Positions 44,852 to 57,486 are shown, counted from the first letter of the whole stretch. The stretch: DNA of 62,997 nucleotides, filler included, from Hyphochytrium catenoides (GCA_900088475.1; 6 parts of 6 records of this genome joined end to end with filler, not necessarily neighbours in it); one strand, 5' to 3'. The notes: generated by a model not told the origin, from the letters alone. Made by a program: numbers and translations.

Positions 44852-45012
44852 TCTCTTCTCCGTGCTCTCTCTTTTCCGTGCTCTCTTCTCTCTCTCTCTT
44901 CTGCGTGCTCTCTCTTCTCCGTGCGCTCTCTTCTCCGTGCTCTCTCTTCTCCGTGCTCTCTCCTCTCCGTGCGCTCTTCTCTTGGCGCTCTCTCTATCTC
45001 CGTGCTCTCTTC
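44852..45012. repeat. Minisatellite of ~16-17-bp units containing CGTGC (about 8 copies)
   Basis: CTCCGTGCTCTCTCTT-type units between the divergent PLK and coiled-coil genes. Confidence 0.8.
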
Positions 45013-45380
45013 TCTCTCTCTCTCTCTTCCTTTTTGCCTCTCCTCTTCTTTTTCTCTCTCTCTGTGTTTCTCTCTCTCTCTCTCTCCACACTTTTCCCTT
45101 CTCTGTCGGCGGCTTCTTCTTTCTCACGCCAACAGAATCCGCAATCAGCCTCGTGTGCATCTCCAAGAGAATCTTCTCTATCTCTGTCTCTCTCTTTTGT
45201 TGATCTTCTTTTCGCTCTCTCTCTCTCTCTCTCTCTCTTCTCTCAGACTCTTTCTCTCTCCTGTCGCCCTTCCTCAATCGTTCCTTTCTCGTCTTTCCAA
45301 CTTTCCACATAGTTCGCGCCATAGAAATTCTCTTTCTTCGCTCTCTTCCTTTCTTTCCTTCTCTCTCTCTCTTTCTTTTT

Positions 45381-45441
<61 letters not shown>

Positions 45442-45444
45442 GCA

Positions 45445-45780
45445 ATGACGACAGCCAAGATCTCTCCAGGGCGTTCACTCCTTCTGGAGACGAATCTAAA
45501 ACTAAGGAAAGAAGTGGAAGAAGTGAATCGAAGATTAGGAGAGAGAGAGAAGACGCTAAAGACAGAGAGAGAAGACACGCAACATATGACGGGCGAGAAG
45601 AGAGAGAGAAAGGAAGAGATAAGCGAGCAAGAAAGAGAATGTTTCTCTCTCTCGGAAGGACCTTTTGCGGAAGGACTAAGAAAGGCACAGGAGAGACTGG
45701 AGAAGCTGAGGGAAGAGGCGACGGAGCTGGAGAGAAAGAAAAGAAAAGAGAGCAGCTCAGCCAGTGACAAACTTGGCAAG
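45445..45780 (+). CDS. Probable first exon of a coiled-coil protein (unknown; truncated by contig end)
   Basis: ATG-initiated 112-codon stretch (LLLETNLKLRKEVEEVNRRL..LRKAQERLEKLREEATEL) ending at an AAG|GTGAGG donor. No family motif recognised. Confidence 0.45.
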
Positions 45781-45878
45781 GTGAGGAAGAAAAAGAGAAG
45801 GAAAGAGAGAGAATATAAAGAGAGAGAGAGGGAGAGAGAGAATATAAAAAGAGAGAGAGAGGGAGAGAGAGAATATAT

Positions 45879-45916
<38 letters not shown>

Positions 45917-46038
45917 AGAAAAATTCCTGAAGAGCAAGTGCAGCCAGGGCCACGATAATTAGTGTTCAAACCTTTGGATGACCAACGAAAGAGATAGAGA
46001 GTCAAAGGTGGATTAGAAAACGAGAGAGAGAGAGAGAG

Positions 46039-46070
<32 letters not shown>

Positions 46071-46090
46071 GGAGGGAGAGAGACGGAGAT

Positions 46091-46124
<34 letters not shown>

Positions 46125-46226
46125 AGACAGGGTGAGGATGTACCGGCGAGAGAGACACACAAGAAGGGAGACCCCTTGGTTAGGAAAGGACCAAGAGGTT
46201 CGGGAGTCTCCGATTAGCATTTTCCG

Positions 46227-46326
46227 NNNNNNNNNNNNNNNNNNNNNNNNNNNNNNNNNNNNNNNNNNNNTTAATTAATTAANNNNNNNNNNNNNNNNNN
46301 NNNNNNNNNNNNNNNNNNNNNNNNNN
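46227..46326. other. Artificial contig-join spacer
   Basis: 44 N + TTAATTAATTAA + 44 N. Confidence 0.97.
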
Positions 46327-46547
46327 GAGAGAGAGAGAGAGAGACGGGGAGAACTGAGGAAAGAGTACTGAATTGGGGCGTGGTGAAGGAATAGGCCAGG
46401 ATCGTATACGGCCAGGTAGCAGAAAGAGAGAGAGAACCATGCCAGAAGAGAGACCTTGCGTTTGTATACAAGGAGAGCGATAAAAAGGGGGACAGACATT
46501 GATGGGGATAGAAGGGCGTGGGAAGCCAAAGAGGCAGCTCCTCTTAC

Positions 46548-46767
46548 ATGTCTTCTCCACCCTGACATTCTCAATCTTATAGCTACAGCGAGCCAAAGTG
46601 CCAAAGAGTCGCTTCACGCCCTCCTTCCCTCGGATGACCAGCGTGGGATGGATGAACAGCGTATCAGGAGCAAAGACTCTATCTATCGTGGCCTCTCCAA
46701 GGGCAAGGTCCTTCGTAAGGATGGAGGAGACAATCCTCTGCCAGTCCTCTGAGAAAGGGTCTTCCAT
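46548..46767 (-). CDS. SnoaL/NTF2-like domain protein, first exon (partial)
   Basis: MEDPFSEDWQRIVSSIL..TIDRVFAPDTLFIHPTLVIRGKEGVKRLF matches the 'fa.Da.f.hP....rGreai..lf' SnoaL-like pattern and ends at a GTAAG donor. Downstream exons are unresolved. Confidence 0.6.
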
Positions 46768-47372
46768 ACTGCCACAAAGGAAGAAGAGAGAGAAAAGCGA
46801 ATGTGAGTCGAGGGAGGAGGGGAAAGAGAACTCTAGCTAACAGCAGAGAGACATGCAGACAAGCGTTGCCGAGCAATGGAGCAATTGGATGAATAATTGT
46901 GCGAGAAGGAGAGATGGCAGGGAAAGAGAGTGAGAAGAAGCTTCAACCTTTCCAGTGTAGAGCTTAATATCTTGCCGCGAAGAAGTTTGCCTTAGCAAAA
47001 GGTAGAAATATACTACGAGGCTGCTCTTTAAGGAGAGTCTGATAGTCTGGTTCTCAAAAGAAGGTCTTTCTGCCGCTCCATGCCTTCCTTCCGTTTGAAG
47101 GGGGCGGGAGATAAAGGGAGACTTCAAGTGTGAAGCGAGAGAGAGAAAGACAGACAGAGAGCGAGCGAGCGAGAGAGAGAGAGAGAGAGAACAGATCGGA
47201 GCAAGAAACAGAGAGAAAAACGGAGGAGGGGAGAGAGGGCGCGGCGCGGGTGCCAGTGCCGCGCGATCTGTACAAAGATCTGAGGAGATCTTCAGGAAGA
47301 TATGAAAAGAACAAGAAATTTCTTCCCTCTCACGAAAGCTTCAGCTCAACGAGAAACATTTCAACCCAAACA

Positions 47373-47850
47373 TTATGACCTTTTTACCATTCTTTTGTTA
47401 TTTCTTTCATTTATTGCATCGACGATGAAAGTATAAAAAGATCTGATGGGAGGAAAGGGGCAAACGCTGTCAGGACGAGCAGGGGACCCAAGATTGAATA
47501 CGCTTCTCATCACTCTCTTTCTCTCTTCTGCTGCTGCTGCGCGCTCGTGGGGCATTCTCTTTCTCTCTTCTGCTGCTGCTGGGCGCTGGTGGTGCATTCC
47601 CTTTCACTTCTCTCCTGCTGCTGCGCGCTCGTGGGGCATTCTCTTTTTCTCTTCTGCTGCTGCTGGGCGCTCGTGGTGCATACTCTTTCTCTTCTTCTGC
47701 TGCTGCTGCGCGCTCGTGGTGCATTCTCTTTCTCTCTTCTGCTGCTGCTGGGCGCTGGTGGTGCATTCCCTTTCGCTTCTCTCCTGCTGCTGCGCGCTCG
47801 TGGTGCTCCTCTGCTTCGGTCGGAGAGGATGGATCATCCTAACCATTCAT
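47373..47850 (-). pseudogene. Decayed coding sequence containing 7 x 42-bp repeats (MHHERAAAAEERKR)
   Basis: Units span 47514-47806. One unit carries CGA>TGA (47606-47604), one has a +1 insertion (43 bp), and there is an in-frame TAG just upstream. Confidence 0.6.
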
Positions 47851-50279
47851 GCTTGAGAAGCGAGAGGCTGGCGATGGTAGGTAACGAGCGCATGACAAGG
47901 AGGAGACTTACTGGGACAAGTAGCTTGGTGATAAGCTCACTTCTGTGCTCATCATCTCGTCTCTTGAAGACAAGAGAGACACAGACCCAACGGACAGTAG
48001 TAAGAAGAAGATGCTGTCTTTTGCCCTGAAAGTTGTGAAGCTTCGCTCTCCCTACCTTCTTCTTTTCTCTTCCCCTGTCCACGCATGGATCAGTAGCCCG
48101 TAAGCGCACAAGGTTGAAGGAAAGGCTATTACTTTGTCTGTTGTGCCAGTGCTATGTACTAGGGTATTGGGTGCTGCTTGGATCGTCCTCATTTTTCCCC
48201 TCCTCTCCCAATGCTCCTGCTCCTTTAATTCTCACAGATCTTCTGTCTGGGGTTTCGTCCTTTGTTTTCACGCGCAGCGGCAGAGCATCTCTCCTGTCTT
48301 GCTTATGAAGCAACTCCATCTTCTTCCCTAGTAACAGTAGGCCCAAGACGCACACGACGAGCATCTAAAGGGAGCAGAAAAGTAGAGGTAGGGAAGAAGA
48401 GATGATGCAGCTTCATAGAAGAAATGATGCAGGGTCATAGGAACGAAGTACTACGATGATGAGCTCAGAGAATACCGAAAGTCAGGCAAGAGGGAAAGGG
48501 CATGGAGGAGAGAGAAGCGGTCTCTGCTAACTACTTCTTCTGACGTAGAAATTTTCATATCTTTTTCTCATGCCAGGCCATATTTGTTACTTCATCCAGT
48601 GTCTCTCTTCCTCTTTCTTTTGTCTCTCTCTGTGTCTCTGTCTCTGTGTCTTTCTCTCTCTCTCACTGTCTGTGTCTCTCTCTCTCTCACATCTCGTCCG
48701 CCTGTCGAGTCCTCGATGCTAATGGCCTGCCCCCATCTAGTTCATGTCTCGCGTTATCGTTCCTCTGACCTTCTTCTATCTAAATCTCGGCTGTTTAGCT
48801 CAGCCGGGGGAACTAGCTCTATTACCTTTGGCGGCCATCCGAGAGAAGAGACACAGCTACGACGGCTCGACCCATACCTCTGTTCTCGGTTGGTCCCTGC
48901 CTGCCCTAAGACGTCGTTACAAGAAGAGTCATGCCATATCGCTGGGGCTATCCTCATCGTGGACACGCGCAGATGATATTCAAGCAAGGGCATAGACTCA
49001 GCAGCAATAGAAGCATTATTGGCATTGATGAGGTTCTATTGTATGAATAGTCGTCTGAGAGGAGAAGAGTGGAGATTCTTGACGTTTCCAGTAGGGTAGA
49101 GCGGGGCGGGCTCCATGAACCGTACGAGAATGGCATGATGTACCACTAGAAGCCCTAGAACCAGGGACTATGATTGCGCTACGACTTAGGGGACTGAGGA
49201 GCCAGCAGAGAGCTATGCTTATGAGAGCCGCAGAACTACCAGGAGCAAACTCGAGGAGGACGCCTTCACTACGATCCTGGCAAACATACGCCACCATCCA
49301 TACAGAGTCGTCGTCCCTGGTAGTAGTAGTAGGACATTTACTGGTTGATGTGCTTCCTGGTAGTTCTGCAGGTTTTCATAGGCAGAAAACGTCTCTGGCT
49401 CCCTCCGTATCATAAGCTACTCGTACCGCACACATGGTATGACTCCATCGTGGTAGGACATCTTTTCATCGGTACGGGGGTGCGTGGCGCTTGAATTTTC
49501 CGTATTCGTAGGGTTCACGGCCCCCTCGTGTCTAGCCTGCTGGCCGCGTTAACTCTCTCTCTTTAATGTTCTCTTCCCTTTCAGACGACCATGCCGAACT
49601 ATCTGGGAATCTCCGTGCCGCTGGACGTTAAGCGATGGGTTTGGAGACGCCGCAGCACCGTCCACAAAATGTATTGGTGGTTCCTTGTTTATCCTAACAT
49701 AATAGTGGTGACAGCACCCATACAAGAACGAGAGAGGGGGGGAGGGAGAGAGAGAGAGAGAGAGAGGAAAGATTGAACAAGGAGAGAGAGAAGAGAGAGT
49801 TTGAGCGAATGAAAAGACGTTGATCAGACAAGGGAGAAAGGATGAGAGGCAAGCGCAGCAGGAGAAGAATAATGAAGAACGTGGGCTTTGCTTCTTTTGC
49901 TTGGCTGACTACTGCTGGAACGGGGGAAGGGCCTCCTAACCCATCTTCCTTTGCTAGCGGGAGGAAGGTAAGAATTGTTCCTTGCCTCTTCCTTAGCTCT
50001 CTGTTCTACTCTCTCCGTTTCCATCTCTCGACTCTCCCGTGGAGGACAACGGCTTGGAATTCAGTTGGGCCTTGCAGCAGATAGAAGACGAGGGATCATC
50101 GGACCTAGAAGTCCATCGCAGCCGTCGCTAGTAGGTTCTCCTCCCTGTCGTCTCTCTGGTTACGTACGTTCTCCCTAATGTTGAAGAGATCTCAAGACTT
50201 CTCCACTATGCTTGTGGCCCTCGCCCGCCTGTTCGGTTCCTTTAGCGTCTCTCCTCTCTCAATTGCACTCAACATATCA

Positions 50280-51830
50280 TTATCTCAAAGCTATTGGAGG
50301 ACCGTCTTCACTCATGTTGAAACCACTTTGTTGTTGCGCGCGAGTCTCCTTCTTACTTGCCTCTCTCCGTGAGGAGAACGCAGACGAAGAAGAGAGCATG
50401 ACGGGCGCATTCTTTTCTTCTCTCTCTTTCTGTCTGTCGGGATTCCGCTTGGTCTCTTCATCTTCTTTCCCTTCTTCATCCGGGACAACTGAGGACACAA
50501 GCTGTTGTTCCAGGATTCTGATCCTGCTCCTCAGGATAACACAGTCGTGAGGATATTTGAAAGCCGTGTACGTCATGCGAAGAAAGAGAAGCAGCAGTGA
50601 GAAGCCTCGATTTAGACAGAACTCTCGGATGGAGAGACCCCAGCCTGACTTACGCCTAGAGAGATACTGAGGATTTTCCTCATCTAACAGGCCCTCCTGG
50701 AGGTCGAAGCGGTACGAGCACATCTGCGGAGACAGGCGAAGGTGGACAATCACCAAGAGAGAGAAGAAGAATAGGGACCAGAGAAGATAAACAAATCTTG
50801 CTTTCTGTCTGTTGCCACTTCGATAGCTGTCGTTGAAGCCCACGCTGTTGAAGGCAGAGAGGAGAGAGGCGAACGCCAAGAGAAAGGCAGAGAAAGAGAA
50901 ACAGAAGACACCTGCCACGCCGAAAGAGAAGAGGACGCTCTCTACCATGATCACTGCGGCTTCGTAGGTAGAGACGAGTTGGTGGAAGAGAAAGAAGTTC
51001 GAGACAGAACTGAGCGTTAAGTTCTGCAAGAACCCGGCAACGATCATAGAGGAAGCCAAGATCGTGCGATAGCTTTCGCTCAGAGGATAGAGAAGATAGA
51101 CATAAGTGACAGAAATTTTAAAGAGAAAGACAGTGAAGGGGATGGCCTGAGAGACACGCTTGCATCGGCGGTTCCAGAAGAGAAAGAAAGGCTTCCCGTA
51201 GAATCTCTCCATAGTAGAGAGAGAAGCTTCTTCAAGCGTGAGCTCGGTGTAAGGCCGTACAGCCAGCATCACTCGTTTGACGATGCCTCTCTTCCGTTTT
51301 CGCCCTCTCTCTTCTTCTCCCTCACCTCCTCCAACTGGCACGACATCTCTCTTTTTGTCTCTCTCCTTGAAGAAGAGACTTGTCTTCTCTTCTTCCTCCT
51401 TGCTGCTGTCTTCAATAGCAGTGGTATCCATAAAGCACGTGGGTGTGCTGCTGCTGAGAGGAGAGGGATGACTCGCTCTAGTGGTCTTCTGCTTTGTATT
51501 CCTTCTGCCGCTGCACCAACAGAAGCACGGGCAGGCTCTTCCCGCTCCGGTCTTCACCTCTACAAGCGAGGACAGGACGCCCTTTTGCCTCTTCCTTTTC
51601 TCTCCGTGGTCTCTCTTCTGGTCTTTCGTCTCACCGGGCGGACTTTTCCCTCCTTCTCCTTCTTCAGAGGATGTTGTTCTGTCTTCTTCTCTTCTCGTGG
51701 ACAGACTAAGGATTTGGTCTATCTCTTGTCTTAGTGCCACGAGAGTGGCTCTGTCCGTGGCTAAATGTAAAGCTGGGCGGCTCTGTAAATGCCGGAGAAG
51801 TGGCTGACAGAGGTGAGAAATAGTCGACAT
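50280..51830 (-). CDS. Intronless polytopic membrane protein of unknown function
   Basis: 516-aa ATG-initiated ORF with a charged low-complexity N-terminus, then about 6 hydrophobic segments (AIPFTVFLF.., ILASSMIVAGFL.., AAVIMVESVLFSFGVAGV.., FVYLLWSLFFFSLLVIV.., GFSLLLLFL). No family motif recognised. Confidence 0.7.
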   Translation of the reverse strand: MSTISHLCQPLLRHLQSRPALHLATDRATLVALRQEIDQILSLSTRREEDRTTSSEEGEGGKSPPGETKDQKRDHGEKRKRQKGVLSSLVEVKTGAGRACPCFCWCSGRRNTKQKTTRASHPSPLSSSTPTCFMDTTAIEDSSKEEEEKTSLFFKERDKKRDVVPVGGGEGEEERGRKRKRGIVKRVMLAVRPYTELTLEEASLSTMERFYGKPFFLFWNRRCKRVSQAIPFTVFLFKISVTYVYLLYPLSESYRTILASSMIVAGFLQNLTLSSVSNFFLFHQLVSTYEAAVIMVESVLFSFGVAGVFCFSFSAFLLAFASLLSAFNSVGFNDSYRSGNRQKARFVYLLWSLFFFSLLVIVHLRLSPQMCSYRFDLQEGLLDEENPQYLSRRKSGWGLSIREFCLNRGFSLLLLFLRMTYTAFKYPHDCVILRSRIRILEQQLVSSVVPDEEGKEDEETKRNPDRQKEREEKNAPVMLSSSSAFSSRREASKKETRAQQQSGFNMSEDGPPIALR

Positions 51831-54800
51831 CTCTCTTCCCTACTTCTCTTCTCTCTCTTTCTCTCTCTCGCTCTCTTTCTCTCTCTCTCCTCTCGTCTTT
51901 CCCTGCCAACAAGCTATCGCGGATTGGAGTGTCAGTTAGAGAGAGACAGAGAAGAGCAGATCGATGGCCCAGTCTCTTCTTGAGGGCATTATGGTGCGGC
52001 AAGTCATAACTCTCTTCCTCCTTCCCCGTACCGTTTCTCTTTTATCTCTTTCGTTTGTCTCTCTTCTCTAGCCCATAGTATATTTCTTCCCTGCTAAGCT
52101 GACGGAAGCCAGTGACGATTTGCCCCCAGGAGAGAGCTGGTTGTTGGAGGAGTGCCGGGCAGCGAAGAGTGTAAGCCGTAGACTCTCTAAAGTTAACCGC
52201 CAGAAGGACGTAGCTCACTAGAGAGGACAATGGCATCAGATCAGCGAAGGAGAGAGTTGAAAAGAGACAAGAAGAAGATAAAAGATAAGGAAGTTTCTTC
52301 TCTAGCTACAAAGAGCTCTGGCTGGATCACTGGTGGGACTGCTGACAGCAGCGGGGCCGCTGGCTGATGATAAAAAGGCTGAACAGCAGCGTACAGCGAG
52401 CCCGTCTGTCTCTTTCCATTATTTCTTCTTCTTGTCTCAACTATCTCTTTCTTCTTGTCGGTCTCTCTATGTCCTTCCTGTCTCTGTTGCCCTTCCTTCT
52501 TTCTCTACCTGCTGAGTTCTCTATTTCTCTCTGTCTTTCTCTGTTTCTCTCTCTGTCTCTCTCTCTCTCTCTTTTCTCTCTCTCTCTTCTCTCTTTCTTT
52601 CTCACGGTCTCTCTTGCTCTCTCATTAGCTCTCCTCTGTCTGCTCGTCTCTCTTTGTTTTGTTCTCTCCATTCTGTCTCCTTACAATGTTTATCTGGGTC
52701 TTCTCTTTTTTTGTCCTGTCTTCCTGCTCGTGCCCACTCTTTCCTGCTACGTCAGTTTTGGGACGTCCTTATTAGTCGGTCGCTCCCTTCGCGCAACATC
52801 ATTCTCTCTGCTGATCAACAACCAGGAAAGGCCCTTCGTCTGTTCTCTTCTGTCTATAGGTTCCCTCTTTCTGCTCTCTCTCTCTCTCTNNNNNNNNNNN
52901 NNNNNNNNNNNNNNNNNNNNNNNNNNNNNNNNNNNNNNNNNNNNNNNNNNNNNNNNNNNNNNNNNNNNNNNNNNNNNNNNNNNNNNNNNNNNNNNNNNNN
53001 NNNNNNNNNNNNNNNNNNNNNNNNNNNNNNNNNNNNNNNNNNNNNNNNNNNNCTCTCTCTCTCTCTTCTCCCCCTTGTCTCCTGCTCCCATGCCTCTAAG
53101 AGCCGTTTCATCTCGCCTCTCTTTGCTGACCCTTCTACCCAAAATTATAACTTGACTCGAATGTTTTCCTATTCAAAGTGTCCCCTGAGGAAAGGCTTTA
53201 GAATTTTTTGTCCGTTACTCAGAAGTCCTAGTGGTTTGGTCAATTGATTTTATTTTCGGGTTGGCTATGGCTTTTTCGGTCTGTTCGCTTGCTCTTTCTT
53301 CTCTTTCTCTCTCTGTCTTTTTCCCTTTTTCTCTCTCTCGTCATCCGTTACTCATTTCTGCCTTCTTCTCTTCTCCTTTGCTGTCTCTTCTCTCCTCTCC
53401 TCTCCTCTTCTCCGCTCCCTCCCTCCTTCTCTCTGCCTGCTGCTTGTTCTTCTTCTTAAGATGCTCCATTGTATCCTGCCCGTTCTTCCCTGTACTCTAA
53501 GTAGCAGAATGGGAAAGATACAATGTAGGTCGCATCATCAATGACGAGGGGCGAGAGGACGAGCTCTTGCTGTTCGCTATCATCCTTCTGTACGAATGGC
53601 GGACGATAAGGATGGGGGAAAGAGGCAGAGGCCAAGGGGCCCGTCCAGCAGGAGGCTGCTTTTTTTTGTTGCTCCATCCTCCTTCATCTTCACGCATCCT
53701 GCTATTGTCTGCATCCAGTAGCCTGAATTGGCTCATCATCGGCGTTAAGCGGGTGCCGCTCATCGTCGGAGGTCAGGTCAGCCCTTCATAAAGCTCCCTT
53801 ACTGTTTTCCTTTGCTTGGCGAACATTCACAAGATAGCGGTAATCTTCATCATCATCATCATCATCACCCCATCACATGAGTACTCAGCTTTATCGCCGC
53901 CTATGCCAGCACTGCAAATAGCGCAAACAGTCACACGATAGCAGTCATCATCACTATCATCACACCATCACACCATATCATTTTTTTGCGGACAAACGAA
54001 GGTCTGATGATATAAGCAATAGGGCTGCCTTCCTTCATCGCTCGAGTACACATCCTCTAGTAGGCCACTTGGTGCGCTGCTGGTAGCTGCCAATTTAAAG
54101 TATCCGCTATACTTTTATTTGTCGTACCGTGCCGCTACGTCTTCAATGAAAGCCAGAAGGAGAAAAGTTCAGAAGCAGTGCGTGCTATCCTCCTGCTATG
54201 AGAGGAGTCCAGTCGGTTGCCTGCCTAGTGCTCGTCCAAGAAGAAGAGGAAGAGTTCAATCGAACGTCCGCTTAGTGACGCTGGCCCACTATCATGCGGC
54301 AGCAACGCCACTCAATAGTAGTGAAGTAGTAGTAGTGACTCCTTCCTCCAGTAATGAAGTCGGTTTGACGGGGGCGGAGCGCAGAAGAAGGTCATCAACG
54401 GCCAAGAAGGCATCGTGATCACCTCTAGTTATTATCTGCTAAAGTTTATGGCGTAGACAACAAAAGACAGGAATAGACGATGATGAGGTGAGGAGGCCCC
54501 TCGATGAGTGTACTGGGGATGACACGGGGTTCCGGAAACGTCGTCGAAAAGGCATGGACCCAAAGAAGAGCGACCGACGAACGCCTCTACTCAGAAGAAG
54601 AAGCGTCAGTAGTACTCGTTCCAGAGGTTGCTGCAGCCAACAGTCAGCAATAAGAACCTCTGCTCAGACACTGACTCCAGAGGGTGGCATCATTATTAAG
54701 AAGATGAACACTTTTTGAAAGAAGTAAGAAGAAAAGGCAGAAGCCGTGCAACGTAGAAGAAGGATGGACGAAGAAGAGATAGTGAAGGAGGCCCAGAGCT

Positions 54801-55613
54801 AAGGAGCCTTCGATATATCCGCTCTAGCTACACCAGCACTGTGAGGGCAACGAACAAGGATAGCGATTCTCCTCACCAGCGACAACATATAAATTTGGTG
54901 GTGGCGGGGGGAGATGGGGGGTTATATAAGGGAAGAGGTTCATAGCAGCAACAATAAGATCGTAGTTTTTACTACTCTGCCACAAGGAGGAGGGCAGAAG
55001 TATTCGGCTAACTCCTCCTAATGAGTAGAACGAGGCTTCTTCAATTCTTCGTTCCCGACGAGCGGGATGTCCTCATGAAGAACCTCCATCCATGGCCAAC
55101 GAGGAGAGTCAAGCCACAACCAAAAAACCCCTCTATCTCTCTTCTATTACTAGCAGACGAGCTGTAACTGCGCGAAGCATCATCAATTGAAGATCAATGA
55201 AACTGGAGCTTCACCAGCCGTCGTGCGACACAGCAACAACACTAGTCAAGAACAATTGATGACGGTGGCGGCATAGCGCCGCCGGCCCGCCCTCCTCCTC
55301 CTCCTCCTGCACAACTCCCGACCATAACTAACCAAAGGGACAACAACAATTGCCGCCTCCCAGCCTTCAATAATCCTACAGCGCGCTGCTAGCGATCTTC
55401 ATCATAATACTTGACTATGGTAGAGCATATATCTGCCCCGTCTACTTGCCCTCCTGACACTAGGAGGAGCAACTACCAGTTGTACGAAGAAAGAGTAACA
55501 GAAAGGAGAAGAAAGGTCGGTCAACATCTTCGTTGATGATAATCTTCGAACTTCAAGAATGCAAAAATGTTGAGATTAGCATCGCCGATGTTGAGGAAGA
55601 TTTATAATAAGAT

Positions 55614-55684
55614 TACGCCGACCGGGAATCGAACCCGGGACATCTGAATGGGAATCAGAGATTTTACCACTAAACTATCGGCGT
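55614..55684 (-). tRNA. tRNA-Gly(CCC), intronless, 71 nt
   Basis: Cloverleaf: acceptor ACGCCGA/TCGGCGT, D arm GTTT-AGTGGTA-AAAT, anticodon arm TCTGA-TTCCCAT-TCAGA, T arm CCGGG-TTCGATT-CCCGG, discriminator A. A T5 run lies about 47 nt downstream. Confidence 0.92.
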
Positions 55685-57486
55685 TGGAGTCGTACCAGAA
55701 TCTTGTGTCTTGAGGCTACTTATCGGAGGGGCTCTACTACAGAGAATAGAGCATCAGCTCTCTGTCCGAAAGGGTCCTCCATCCTCTACAGTCGTACCCA
55801 GGATCTCTCTTTCTATGCATCTCCTTCTCTTAGGGCCAGGCGGCTGATCACTCCTCTGCTCCTCATAACTCCGGCCTCTATGCAAAGGAGCTTTCCCCGT
55901 CGGAGCCCGGCCCTTCCTTTTTTCCCTTCTCCCATGAGTTCAGCTTTCCTCTTCAAGAATAGAACTATCTTTGCCTCAGAGGTGCGTCTGATGAAAGCTC
56001 TATCAGTCACTACTCTGGTTTGAGCTCTAATAATGTAAGACGGCTCCTGCTTTGCGTGGATGATTCTGTATGAATATAAATAAGAAGGCTAACTGGACTG
56101 CTTCTTATCCTGTCCATTACAATGTGATCTTAGACCTTATGCGTATAAGTCTTTGCAGAGGTTACTGTTTATCTTCATAATAGCTCCGTCCGGCATAATA
56201 GCTCTTTCTTCTTTTCTCTGAGTGACGACTGATCGACCACGCGTCATCAATTATCAGGAACTCGAGAACTACGAGTTCTGGACGACCTTGCAGAGGTGCA
56301 GAGGTTAGTGTTCATCGGCATATGATAGCATAGCTAAGGCACAGTAGTTGCTCACGGAACTCTTCTTTCTTCTCTTCTCTGAGTGGTTGATCGACCATGC
56401 GTCAGCAGGAACCCGAGAACCCGAGTTCCAGACCTCATTCTCTCTACAGCTAATAAGAGAACTCGACTTCTGCAGCTGTTTCCCATTATTGTAGAGGAGG
56501 TAAGGAACCTGGAAAAGGACCTTTCCTCACAATCTAGGATACTCCTCGCCGAGGGCAACCGGAAGAATTTATCGCAGGTTCTTGTTGCAGGGGATAGTAG
56601 TTCTACAGGAGGTAAGAGAACAACCAGATTTGCCGTCAGCAAGTGGTGAGGGGCAGGTGGAGTGGGGCGGCGGTCCTGCCTTCTGGCAATGTGGAGAGAG
56701 ATCTGGGAGGGCTAAAACTTAACTTATAAATTTTCCTAGTAAATAATGTCAGCTTTTGAGGTTTCTTCTACCTTTGAACTTAGGTCGCCTCTCTGTCTCT
56801 CCGATCTCTTCCTCTTTATGCTATGTTCCTCTCTCTCTCTCCGTTCAGTTGAAGTGCAAAGCTTCAAATCTTAGATCCTATTCTCCACCACTCGGTTGAA
56901 GTCTTACAGGTAGGACAGGGAAGGTTTCATCCTTTGAAATATTTCGTGTCTACAATATTCTCGTAAGGTTTGGTAGTTTTCTTTCGTTCCATAATTTCAG
57001 TGTTTATTTTGATTTCGGTTGGAATTAGGGTTTTGGTTGAGCTATTACTACTTTAGGAAGGCAGGCTCAATGTAACACTTGAAACTTTGGTCCTTGCCTA
57101 TTAGTTTGGGGCCTCATGGTCTCTTTCCGGTCAAGGAGGTAGCCCAACAAGTACATAGACGGCGGCGCCAGAAAGTCACTGAGAGATGAAGACAATGACG
57201 AGGAAGAGGATCCCCGGAGATTTAGGCCAAAAAGTTAGAGATATGGCTTTACTATCTCATTTAAAGGAGGTAGCAAGACAGAGATCTGAAAAGCAGAGAG
57301 AGACTAACTACCGAGGTAGAGAGCATTGCAAGACAGAGGGAAGAAATATATCTTTTGTAAGGGGTTGTGGGGGCAAGCATGTGGTAATTTCTAAGCCACG
57401 TAGTTCTACAGAATGGGAGAGGGAGAGAGAGAGGGGAACAGAAAGGGAGAGAGAGAGAGAGAGGGAGAGAGAGAGAGAGAGAGAGA

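Noticed and set aside
47514-47806. Regular repeats as a possible CRISPR array
   Set aside because: The units are directly adjacent with no unique spacers, there are no cas genes, and the context is eukaryotic.
48930-48976. HIAGAILIVDTRR resembling the RNase H end motif (HIxGxxNxxADxLSR)
   Set aside because: The key N, A and LS residues are absent and there is no supporting upstream motif.
56383-56649. RVPDLIL...IIVEEVR resembling a PD-(D/E)xK nuclease motif
   Set aside because: A short non-ATG ORF with a weak match and no Lys; no RT or other context.
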